NCBI GenBank assembly: GCA_963846615.1
Contig: CAWJWQ010000011.1
Coordinates: 173,140-237,139 of the forward strand
Direction: 5' to 3'
DNA length: 64,000 nucleotides
Source of the DNA: an uncultured Actinomycetota bacterium
GTDB taxonomy: Bacteria > Actinomycetota > Actinomycetes > Actinomycetales > Microbacteriaceae
The translations under genes and the position numbers were made by a program. The notes under the pieces are model-generated. The model did not search any database. It was not told where the DNA came from and worked only from the letters and a program-made list of their open reading frames with translations. Shown here piece after piece: positions 40,650 to 49,350 of this stretch (position 1 is its first letter; each line of letters begins with the position of its first letter).

Positions 40650-41449
40650 GGGCCTCCGCGCTGGATCCGCGGCCGGACGATCGTCCGTGCCAGCGGCATC
40701 CTGCGATCGACCCACTCGACGATCTCGCGGACGGCGCCGGCCGGAAGCACCGCGAGGGCGCTCGGCGCCTCGATCCACTCCGCGTGCCCGTCGAGCGGAG
40801 AGACCGTCGATCCGGCGGGCAGCGCGGCGGCGAACCGGGTCACCGCAGGTGCGTCGAGCTCGGCCCGGCGGACGAGGGCGAGGGTGTCGAGGGCGATGGG
40901 CGTGATCTCGACGCCTTCGAGCCACGCGATGGAGTCGGGATGAAGGGCGAGCGACAGCAGCGTGAGCCGCTCGGGGTCGGTGGCCTCCTCGCCGACCGTC
41001 AGGTCGAAGAGCGACTTCTGCCGACGGAGGAACCGGTGTCCCGACAGCGCCGGATCCCACAGCACCAGGCCGTCGAGGTCCGGGATGCGGCGCGCGGCCT
41101 CGGCGGCGAGGAGCGCCCCAGCCGCAAGGCCCGCGAGCACGATGCGCTCCACCCCCGCGGATCGGAGGGCGGTGACCGCCTGCTCGATCGTCGCCAGCCA
41201 GAGCTTCGCCGCATCCGGGACCGCCGTGTCGCCGCTGGCATCACCCTCGCCGACGTAGTCGAAGCGCAGCGATGCGATGCCGCGGGCCTCGAGCTCCTGG
41301 CTGAGCAGCCGCAGCCCGCGATAGCCGAGCACCTGCTCGTAGCCGAGCGGCGGACAGATCACGACACCGCCGCGGGCACCGCCGTCCGGCACGTGCAGGA
41401 ACCCGAGGCTCGGAGCGTCCGGGTCGCCGAACCAGGTGTCGTGCATCAT
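40650..41449 (-). CDS. Alpha/beta-hydrolase-fold module 1 (elbow reads GLAAG). No stop is found before module 2.
   Basis: Text reads MMHDTWFGDPDAPSLGFLHVPDGGARGGVVICPPLGYEQVLGYRGLRLLSQELEARGIASLRFDYVGEGDS and ERIVLAGLAAGALLAAEAA. A GGAAAGG RBS precedes the start. Confidence 0.65.
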
Positions 41450-41472
41450 CTCGGGGTCAGCGCCTTTCCGTG

Positions 41473-42418
41473 TTACAGGCCGAGGCGGGCGCGCACGCCG
41501 ACGGGCCAGCCGTCGACATCGAGACCGTGAGTGCGAAGCAGCGCGAGCGTGGTGCGCTCCATGCCGAAGGCGAGGCAGGCGGCGTGGGCGACATCGCCGT
41601 CGGCGGTGCGGATGCCGAAAGCCGCGGTGAGGTGGTCGCGCTGGCAGTTGGCGCTCGCGATCGCGGTGCCCTCGGCGAGGTCTCCGTACATCGGGACGAC
41701 GATCTCGATCTTGAGGTTCTCGCGCAGCTGGGCGCTGATCAGCATCTTGCCCGCGCGCCCGAAGAACGGGTCGTTGGCGGCCACGGCGTCGACCGGCAGG
41801 CCGAGCGACCTGCAGCGTCTCGATCGCGTTGTCCAGCCAGGTATCGCGGTACTCCTGCGCGCCGTCCGGGTCGCCGACGTACACGAACTCGTGCATCCGG
41901 AACGACTGCATGCGCATCGGATCGAGCGACGGCTCGTGGCGGAAGCCGTAGCCGAAGATGTCGAAGACGCCACCGCCCTCGGGGAGCCGTCCCTCCAGGG
42001 TGGCGTAGAGCGGGTGGCAGATCGCGTTGGTGAGCACGATCTCGCTGGGGTCGAGCCAGCCGTCCCAGGCGCTCGCCCTGCTCGCGCGCCGCGAGGAGCT
42101 GCGCGGTGCTCGCGGTCGCCGCGCTCGAAGCTGGAGACGATGCCGCTCAGGTCGGGGAACGAGGCGATGTAGTCGGTGCGCTCGAAGTCCGCGCGCGGGT
42201 ACACCGGCGGGAAGCGCAGCGCGGTCGCGCCGAGCGGCTCGGCCATCTCGACCAGCACGCGGTCGAGGCCGGTGAGGATCGCCTCGAACGTCGCGGAGCG
42301 CCCGTAGATGCCGGGCACGGACGTGCCGATCAGGAGCCCGGCGTCGAGCAGGTCGGACGCGGAACTCCAGGCGTGCGCGGTCGAGCGGGCTCAGTTCCGT
42401 TTCGAGGATGTCTGTCAT
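41473..42418 (-). CDS. Class II aminoacyl-tRNA-synthetase-like amino acid:[carrier protein] ligase (catalytic core only). At least four frame breaks.
   Basis: Text reads SVPGIYGRSATFEAILTGLDRVLVEMAEPLGATALRFPPVYPRADFERTDYIASFPDL, VLTNAICHPLY, FDIFGYGFRHEPSLDPMRMQSFRMHEFVYVG (motif 2-like) and HAACLAFGMERTTLALL (motif 3-like). The gene encodes about 315 aa and leaves no room for a tRNA-binding domain. Confidence 0.8.
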
Positions 42419-42672
42419 GCCGTCTGTCCTTCCAGGGTCAGCTGCTCCACCGCATCCCGGATCGTCGCCACGGAGGAGAAGGTCTGCTTCGTCAGCAGGT
42501 CGTCGGGGAACTCGACGTCGAAGGCGTCCTCGAGGGCGAGCATCACGTTGACGCTCGCGTGCGAGGTCATGCCGGCCGAGTACAGGTCGTCCACCTCGGG
42601 GAGGCCGGCGGCGGGCGCGCGCAGTTTGGCGTGCGCGTCGAGCACGGCCCGGATGCGGTCGTCGGTGGTCAT
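42415..42672 (-). CDS. Acyl/aminoacyl carrier protein (85 aa)
   Basis: Text reads MTTDDRIRAVLDAHAKLRAPAAGLPEVDDLYSAGMTSHASVNVMLALEDAFDVEFPDDLLTKQTFSSVATIRDAVEQL. There are ATGA overlaps on both sides. Confidence 0.8.
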   Translation of the reverse strand: MTTDDRIRAVLDAHAKLRAPAAGLPEVDDLYSAGMTSHASVNVMLALEDAFDVEFPDDLLTKQTFSSVATIRDAVEQLTLEGQTA

Positions 42673-43124
42673 GCCGTCGCCCCCTGCCGCGATGGCGAGC
42701 TGCGGTTCGGCCGGGATCGCGGCGGCGACCGCCATCGCGATGCCGCCGTCGTGGCTGAGGGAGATGTCGATGCGCGTCGATGCCCTGCCGCTCGGCGATC
42801 GCCTGCGCGGTCGCCGGTCAGCACGACACGGGGACGCCGTTGCGACCGGTGCGTACCTCGATCGACTGCCACGGCACGGCCGCCGTGCTCGGCACCCGCA
42901 GCACCTTGAGCACCGCCTCCTTGGCGGCGAACCGCCCGGCGAGGCGTTCGAGCGCCATCGGCCCCGCGGTCTGCTTTCGCTCGACGCGGGGTGAACACGC
43001 GCGCGAGGTAGCGCTCGCCGAAGAGCTCGATGCTCTCGGCGATCTCGGAGATCGGGTGGACGTCGCAGCCGATCCGGATGCGCGGGGCATGTCTCGGCGC
43101 GGCGCGCTCGGGGGTGCGCTGCAT
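42669..43124 (-). CDS. 4'-phosphopantetheinyl transferase (AcpS-like). Frame breaks.
   Basis: Text reads IRIGCDVHPISEIAESIELFGERYLARVFTP, LAGRFAAKEAVLKVL, WQSIEVRTGRNGVP and ISLSHDGGIAMAVA. Confidence 0.75.
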   Translation of the reverse strand: MQRTPERAAPRHAPRIRIGCDVHPISEIAESIELFGERYLARVFTPRRAKADRGADGARTPRRAVRRQGGGAQGAAGAEHGGRAVAVDRGTHRSQRRPRVVLTGDRAGDRRAAGHRRASTSPSATTAASRWRSPPRSRPNRSSPSRQGATA

Positions 43125-43221
43125 GGGGAGTCCTTCGGCGGACGCGACGGGGGGAACGCACGTCCGTACTCAACCTAGGGACGGGGCGCCGCCACGTCGC
43201 CGGGGAGGCCGACCGAAGCGG

Positions 43222-43246
43222 GGGATTAACCGGGGGGTTAACGCGG
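43222..43246. promoter_or_regulatory. GGGTTAA-family array R3: GGGATTAACCGG followed by GGGGTTAACGCGG
   Basis: TTAA lies at 43226 and 43238, exactly 12 bp apart. The array sits in the divergent gap between the PPTase operon (start 43124) and the GT2 gene (start 43267). Confidence 0.5.
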
Positions 43247-43266
43247 CCCTGTGAAAAGCTGGGCCC

Positions 43267-44155
43267 GTGCCCCGGCTGAGCGTCCTCATCCCCGCGCGTA
43301 ACGCCGCCGGCACGATCGGAGTCCGCTCTCCGCTCGACCCTGCGCGATCTGCCCGACGACGCCGAGATCCTGGTCCTCGACGATGCGTCGAGCGATGGCA
43401 CGGCCGAGCTCGTCCGCCGTATCGGCGATCGACGCATCCAGCTCACCGTCGCCCCTGAGAATCTCGGGGTCGCCCGCGCGCTGGCCCAGCTGCTCGATCA
43501 GGCGGAAGGCGACCTGGTAGCCCGGATGGACGCCGACGACGTCTGCCTGCCCGGCCGGTTCCGCGCCCAGCTCGCGCGCCGATCGAGCGCGGCGCCGACC
43601 TGGTCTTCTCCACGTTCCAGGTCATCGGCGCCGGGCTGCGGCTGCCGGCGCTGCCCGTACCCTTCGGGCCAGAGGCCGGTCGGCTCGCCCTGCTGCTCGA
43701 CTGCCCCTACCCGCATTCCACGGCTCTCGCTCGACGCAGCGCCCTCGTCGACGCCGGCGGCTACCGGATCGTCCGTCGCCGAGGACTACGACCTCTGGTT
43801 GCGCGCCGCCGCCGTCGGGCGCCCGCATCGTGCGGCTCGGCCGCGCCCGGCATCCTGCTGCGGGTCAGCGCCGGGCAGCTCACCGCCGATCCCGGATACC
43901 GGGTCGCGGCTCGCCGCCGATCCGCTCGTCGCCGAGTCCTACCGGGCTCTTGCGCACGAGCTGTGGGGCGTCGACGAGACGCCGTGGCTGCGGGAGCTGG
44001 CGTTTCTTCGCCAGGGACCGCTGAGCCCCGTTGGGAAGAGTCTTCTCGAGCCGTTCATCCATCGCTTCGTCACCTCACTCCGCGATCTCGGCGCGCTGGA
44101 GCGCTGGTACCTGACGCGTCGTGCCCGGCAGGAGCTCGGGCTGCGCGCTCGCTGA
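43267..44155 (+). CDS. Family 2 glycosyltransferase. Several frame breaks.
   Basis: Text reads MPRLSVLIPARNAAGTI. The shifted frame gives AEILVLDDASSDGTAELV and DLVARMDADDVCLPGRF. Later text reads VAEDYDLWLRAA. Confidence 0.8.
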
Positions 44156-44222
44156 CGAGCGGGCTCGGCAGGCCGCGCCGGAAGCACGGCGGGCACGAGG
44201 CACGCCGCGAGCCCGACCCAGA

Positions 44223-45473
44223 TCAGCGGCATCGACAGGTCGGGCACCGCGATGATCGCCCGACACCAGGATGCCGAGCAGCGCCCAGCCGGCCGGCACC
44301 GATGCGGGGCTGCGCTGCGCTGCGGCGACGCAGCGCGACGACGACGAGGGCGACCAGCAGGATCGTGCCGACGAGCCCGAGGCAGCTGAGCACGAGGAAG
44401 AACAGGCTCGACGGCCGGTGGCTGCCGAGCCCGACGCCGAGGCCGACGGTCTCGAGGAAGATCTCCCACGAGCGCTCGTTGGCGAGACCTCGGGCGAGGT
44501 AGCTGAACGACGACGCCTTGCGTTCCACCGACCCGATCGTCAGCTCGTAGAGGGCGGGCAGCTGCGTGATGCCGGCCGCGAGAGCCGCGGTGCCGAGCAC
44601 GACCATGACCGGGCTGATGCCGAACCGCGGCGAGCGCAGCTGGCGCACGAGCAGCACCGCGGCGCCCACCGCCGTCACGATGACGAGTCCGAGGAGCGCG
44701 GTGCCCGACGCGTTCGCGACGAACTCGATCCCGACGAGGACGAGGGCGACCACCGCAGCGAGACGGGCGCGCGGCGCGGCGCCGGGCCGGAACAGGCGCA
44801 CCCCGAAGTAGCAGGCCGCCGCGACGATGTAGAGGCCGAGCACCGACGGCTCGTAGAAGGTGCCCGAGAGCCGTTCGGGCGTCGCGTACGAGTAGCCGGG
44901 CATGTTCTGCAGGAGCGCGTGCGGCCACACCGGCTCTGCGACCAGCCGCACCGCCGCCAGCACGAGCGCCACCCAGAGCGCGCTGCCGAGCAGTCGGCGT
45001 GTCGACCGGGAACCGATCGCCCGGCGAGCAGCACGAAGAGCACGCCGAGGGTGAGGTATCCGAGCTGCGCGATGTTGCCGAGCGAGGGCTCGAGGAGCGC
45101 CATGTTGCCGACCTGGCCGTCGACGCCGAGCGCCGGGTCGAAGACGCGCGTTCCGGCGAAGATCCGCGGGCCGGCGATCGTGATGACCGCGGCCCAGACG
45201 ACGAGCGCGACCGCGAGCACGTCGCCGACGGAACCGCGCCGAGCCCGACCGGTCACGCACCGGGCGCGCGACCGCGATCAGCAGCCCCGGCACGCTCAGC
45301 ACCGCGAGCACGACGACCGCCAGGTAGAACAGCGGGAATCCGTTGTCGTCGACGACGAGCCCGGCGGTCTGCGGGAACGCGACGGTTGCGCCGACGACGA
45401 GCTGGGTCGAGCGGCGGTGCACGAGCCAGACGCCCACGACCGCGATGACGGTGACGATGCCGAGGAGGGTCAT
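44223..45473 (-). CDS. Wzy/O-antigen-ligase-like polysaccharide polymerase. Frame breaks. The true 3' end is uncertain and may extend to about 44100.
   Basis: The protein is multi-pass. Text reads MTLLGIVTVIAVVGVWLV, LGNIAQLGYLTLGVLFVLLAG, SGTFYEPSVLGLYIVAAACYFGV, ASGTALLGLVIVTAVGAAVLL and SWEIFLETVGLGVGLGSHRPSSLFFLVLSCLGLVG. Confidence 0.65.
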   Translation of the reverse strand: MTLLGIVTVIAVVGVWLVHRRSTQLVVGATVAFPQTAGLVVDDNGFPLFYLAVVVLAVLSVPGLLIAVARPVRDRSGSARFRRRRARGRARRLGRGHHDRRPADLRRNARLRPGARRRRPGRQHGAPRALARQHRAARIPHPRRALRAARRAIGSRSTRRLLGSALWVALVLAAVRLVAEPVWPHALLQNMPGYSYATPERLSGTFYEPSVLGLYIVAAACYFGVRLFRPGAAPRARLAAVVALVLVGIEFVANASGTALLGLVIVTAVGAAVLLVRQLRSPRFGISPVMVVLGTAALAAGITQLPALYELTIGSVERKASSFSYLARGLANERSWEIFLETVGLGVGLGSHRPSSLFFLVLSCLGLVGTILLVALVVVALRRRSAAQPRIGAGRLGAARHPGVGRSSRCPTCRCR

Positions 45474-45955
45474 CGGCCGGCCCGCTTCTTCTCAGGCGAA
45501 CGCAGCCCCTCCCGCTCGCGCAGGCCGACCCGCCGGGCCGGGATGCCGGCCCAGATCTCGTAGGGGCCGGTCGACTCGCGCAGCACCGCATTGGCGCCGA
45601 CGATGGTGCCCTCGGCGATGACGAGCTCCTGACCGGAGGCGAACAGCACCTTCGCGCCCGCGCCGACGGTCACGTCGTCACCGATGACGACGCGGCCGCC
45701 GAGGTGGGCGACCTGCTCCGGCGGGATCCAGGAGTCGGCGCGCCCGATGACGACGCCGGGCATCAGGATGACGTCGCGGCCGATCCGGGTCGAGCGGTGG
45801 ACGACGAGACCGACGGCGCCGTGGGCGAGCTCGAGCGGGCCCTCCCACTCGACCTCGCGCGGGAACTCGACGCCGAGGGCCTTCAGGGCGAGGTATGCGG
45901 CGCGCCCCACGATGCGCGAGCGCGTGGCCCGCAGCAGGCGGTCCTGGACGCTCAT
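45470..45955 (-). CDS. Hexapeptide-repeat (left-handed beta-helix) acetyltransferase. Intact.
   Basis: Text reads IGRDVILMPGVVIGRAD and GGRVVIGDDVTVGAGAKVLFASGQELVIAEGTIVGANAVL. ATGA overlap with the GT4 gene. Confidence 0.8.
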   Translation of the reverse strand: MSVQDRLLRATRSRIVGRAAYLALKALGVEFPREVEWEGPLELAHGAVGLVVHRSTRIGRDVILMPGVVIGRADSWIPPEQVAHLGGRVVIGDDVTVGAGAKVLFASGQELVIAEGTIVGANAVLRESTGPYEIWAGIPARRVGLREREGLRSPEKKRAGR

Positions 45956-47130
45956 GCGCGCACCCTCGCGAGCTCGTCGTACAGCCTCAGCACGCGCTCG
46001 CCGTGCACGTCGAAGTCGAGATCGCGGGCGCGCTCCCGTGCGCCCGCCGCGAGGCGGGATCGCAGGGCGGGATCGAGCAGGCGCGACATGCCCGCGCGGA
46101 TGGCCGCGGCATCCGGGGCCACCAGCACGCCGTTCGCCTCGGGCTCGACGACCGGCGGAGCGGCGACGGTCGTGCTGAGGATCGGCAGCCCGGCGAGCAC
46201 GCCCTCGGCCGCGGCGAGCGGGAAGTTCTCGGGCCAGATCGACGGGATGACGAGCACGCCGGCCGCGGCCAGCGCCGTCCGACGTGCCGTCTCGTCGAGC
46301 CAGCCGAGCTTGCGCACGCGTCCTGCCGCGGCGGCCGCGTCGACGGCGGGCTCCATCGGCCCGGAGCCGGCGATCCAGAGCTCGGCGCCGGGAAGCCCGT
46401 CGCCCCACGCCTCGAGCAGCAGCCCGACGCCCTTCGTGTCGAGCAGCTTGCCGAGGAACAGGAACACGACCGGGTCCGCGGCGCGGGTCGGGCGCGCGCC
46501 CGCGCCGCGACGGACGCGGCGCCCAGCCGCCAGCCGTGCGGCAGCACGGTCGTGCGCTCCGGCAGCGGCAGCCCCCACCGCGCGTGCTTGTCGCGCAGCC
46601 GCGCGTTCGGGAACACCAGGTGCGCCGCTCCGACCGTGCGGCTCACCACCGCCGTGCGCAGGCGCTGCACGAGCGGCGGCCGCGCGGCCTCGACGCCCCG
46701 GCGCAGCAGGGTCGAGCTGGTGTCGACGAGGGCGTAGTCGTGCACGGTGACGATGACGGGCGCGGGCGACGAGGCGAGCAGCGCGGAACCGAATCCGGCG
46801 ACGCGGTGCACGTGCACGAGGTCGAAGCCCGGCGAGCGCGCGGCGCACGGCGGTCGGGGTGCGGATGCTGCCCAGCAGGTCGAGCGCGTGGAACAGCACG
46901 GCCGCCGGACGCGATCCCTTGCGATCGGGCGGGTACGGCCGGCGGCTGCGCACGACGCGGACCGCGATGCCCTCGCCGGCGAGCTGCCCGGCGAGTCCGG
47001 GCGAGATCCAGCCGGTCACGATCGTGACCTCGTGCCCGTGATCGCGCAGCCAGCGGCTGAGCTCGAGGCAGTACTGCTCCGCCCCGCCCAGCGGCGCCAG
47101 CAACGAGCTCACGAACTGCGCGATCTTCAC
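45952..47130 (-). CDS. GT4-family glycosyltransferase (a). Frame breaks.
   Basis: Text reads VKIAQFVSSLLAPLGGAEQYCLELSRWLRDHGHEVTIVTG, HVHRVAGFG, VFLFLGKLLDTKGVGLLLEAW and VLVIPSIWPENFPLAAAEGVLAGLPIL. Confidence 0.8.
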   Translation of the reverse strand: MKIAQFVSSLLAPLGGAEQYCLELSRWLRDHGHEVTIVTGWISPGLAGQLAGEGIAVRVVRSRRPYPPDRKGSRPAAVLFHALDLLGSIRTPTAVRRALAGLRPRARAPRRRIRFRAARLVARARHRHRARLRPRRHQLDPAAPGRRGRAAAARAAPAHGGGEPHGRSGAPGVPERAAARQARAVGAAAAGAHDRAAARLAAGRRVRRGAGARPTRAADPVVFLFLGKLLDTKGVGLLLEAWGDGLPGAELWIAGSGPMEPAVDAAAAAGRVRKLGWLDETARRTALAAAGVLVIPSIWPENFPLAAAEGVLAGLPILSTTVAAPPVVEPEANGVLVAPDAAAIRAGMSRLLDPALRSRLAAGARERARDLDFDVHGERVLRLYDELARVRA

Positions 47131-48232
47131 GGCAGGCTCGGCTCCTGTCGCGGCCTCCGACGCGAACCGGCACGCGGGGCGTCGATCGCGAGGCCGAGCA
47201 GGATGGCGGCGGTGCGGTCCCACGAGAAGCGCTCGACGTTGCGGTGCCCGTGCGAGATGAGGCGGCGGCGCTCCGCCGGCGACGAAGCTCGCGCACGCGC
47301 GCGACCGCATCCTGCGGGCCGCAGCGGGTCGAAGTACAGGGCGCCCTCGCCGGCGACCTCGGGGATCGAGGCGCGCGTCCGACGCGATCACCGGGCAGCC
47401 GAGCGCCTGCGCCTCGACCAGCGGCAGGCCGAAGCCCTCGTAGAGCGACGGGAAGACGAGGGCGCGCGCGTTCCGCAGCAGCAGCGCGAGCTCGCCGTCG
47501 CTGAGCCGACCGGCGAGATGGATGCCGGGGGCGTCGAGCGCGCGACTCGTCGCGCGAACACGCGGCGGGCTCCGGCCGCGCCGACGACGACGACCGGGAT
47601 GCCGGCCTCGGCGAGCGCGCGGGTGACCGGGCCGAGGTTCTTGCTCGGCGTGAGGTTGCCGACGCAGAGCACGTAGTCGTCGGCGCGTGCGCGCCGCCAG
47701 CTCGGTGCCGAGGGTGAGCTCGGCGCGCGTCGGCGCGCGCCTCGAACGCGTGCTCGTGCCCGTTCGGCGCGAGGGCGAAGCGCGCCGGAGTCGACGCCGA
47801 GCACGTCGGCGAGCTCGCCGCGGCTGAACTCCGACACCGTCGCCAGGTGACGGGCGCGCCGTGCGAGCACCCGGTACAGCACCGAGTACCAGAGCACGAA
47901 GCGCCGCGAGAAGGTGCGGGGGAAGCGCGCCGGCGTCACGTCGTGCATCACGACGAGCTGGTCGCGCTTCAGCGATCGGCGCCGGTCCGGCGAGGTTGAG
48001 CAGCATCGCGCCGCGGGCGCGCCACGGCAGCGCGAGCTGCTCGAACGCGATGCCGCGCGAGCCGGGACCGCAGCACGCGCGCCGGCGGGAAGCCAGTCCG
48101 GCAGCGACCGCGTCGCGCGGGACGACGACACGCGCCGCCGGGATCGAGGTCGAGCACGCGTCGTGCGACCTCGCCCGCGTAGCGCTGCATGCCGCTCGCC
48201 TGCGCGCTCAGCCACTTGCCGTTGATCAGCAC
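47127..48232 (-). CDS. GT4-family glycosyltransferase (b). Many frame breaks.
   Basis: Text reads LINGKWLSAQASGMQRYAGEVARRVL, LVVMHDVTPARFPRTFSRRFVLWYSVLYRVLARRARHLATVSEFSRGELA, DYVLCVGNLTPSKN and ALVFPSLYEGFGLPLVEAQALGCPVIAS. GTGA overlap with GT4 (a). Confidence 0.8.
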
Positions 48233-49350
48233 CGGCTGTCGGCCGCCACCGCGGTAGCCGGCTCGAGGGTCGCGCTGCCTGGCGTTCGGCGTGTTCCCGC
48301 CAGGACGCCGCTGCCAGGCGGCGAGGTTCGCGCTGCCGGGCGGCCTCGCCGCCGCGCAGCAGCTCCTCGGCGGCGGCCGCCATCTCCTCGGGCGTCGTGA
48401 TGCCGGGGGTCGCGGTCGCACCGGCCATGCGTCGGCACCTCGCGGGCGATCACCGGGACGCCGAGCTCGATCGCCTCGAGGATCGACGACCGGGAAGCCC
48501 TCCCAGCGCGCGGTGTGCAGGTAGACGCCCGCCTGCGCCGAGCGCGCGGTGCGCGTCGAACGACGACAGCCAGCCGCGTGACCGGGATGCCGGCGCGCTC
48601 GAGGCCGCACCGCGCGATCCGGTCGTCGCCGTCGCCGATCCAGCGGGCGTCGAGGTCGGGGCGGCCGTTGCGGCGCAGGTGCAGCACGGCGGCGCGGAAG
48701 AAGTCGGGGTCCTTCTGCGCGCCGATGCGCCCGACCGCGACGACCCGGTTCGGGTCGCGGTGCTCGAGCATCGCGAGCGCGGGGACGCGGGCGACGTTCG
48801 GCACGTGGATGACGCGCGCCGACGCCGCGTGCCAGCTGCGGCGATGCCGGTGCGCGCCTCCCCGGGCGAGCAGGCGGCGATCGTGTCGGTGTTGCGGGCG
48901 AGCAGCGCGCTCGGCGAGCGCGGATCGCGAGCCGGACGCGCCGGCGACAGGTCGCGGCGCTCGAACGCGAAGCAGTGCGGGCTGTAGACGAGTCGGCGGT
49001 CGGGGCGGCGTGCGCAGCGCGGTGCGCACGAAGAATCCGGCGTACGACGAGTGCGCGTGCACGACGTCGGGCTCGCACGGCCACGACACCGCGGCGGATC
49101 GCGCGGCGCGCGGCGCGCGGTCCCGCGGGCAGCACGCCGACGCTCGCGAAGCCCTGCTCGTCCTCGGCGGCGAACTCCGACGCGGCGGACGCCGCGCAGC
49201 AGGTGGTGTTCGATGCTCGGGGGTCGCGGCGACGAACTGCAGCACGGCGGCGCGCACTCCGGCGCCCCAGCTCTCGACGACGTGCAGCACGACCACCCGG
49301 TCGCCCGGACCAGTCGGAGCGCCGCCCTCGTGCGCTGTCGACACGGTCAT
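48226..49350 (-). CDS. GT4-family glycosyltransferase (c). Many frame breaks.
   Basis: Text reads MTVSTAHEGGAPTGPGDRVVVLHVVESWGAGV, VVHAHSSYAGFFVR, VAVGRIGAQKDPDFF and YLHTARWEGFP followed by ILEAIELGVPVIA. Confidence 0.7.
   Translation of the reverse strand: MTVSTAHEGGAPTGPGDRVVVLHVVESWGAGVRAAVLQFVAATPEHRTPPAARRPPRRSSPPRTSRASRASACCPRDRAPRAARSAAVSWPCEPDVVHAHSSYAGFFVRTALRTPPRPPTRLQPALLRVRAPRPVAGASGSRSALAERAARPQHRHDRRLLARGGAHRHRRSWHAASARVIHVPNVARVPALAMLEHRDPNRVVAVGRIGAQKDPDFFRAAVLHLRRNGRPDLDARWIGDGDDRIARCGLERAGIPVTRLAVVVRRAPRARRRRASTCTPRAGRASRSSILEAIELGVPVIAREVPTHGRCDRDPRHHDARGDGGRRRGAAARRRGRPAARTSPPGSGVLAGTRRTPGSATLEPATAVAADSRC

Noticed and set aside
38884-41530. Plus-strand ORFs 38884..40905 and 39899..41530 of 543-673 aa
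   Set aside because: They run antisense to the flippase and hydrolase genes and give Arg/Gly/Pro-rich text with no family signal.
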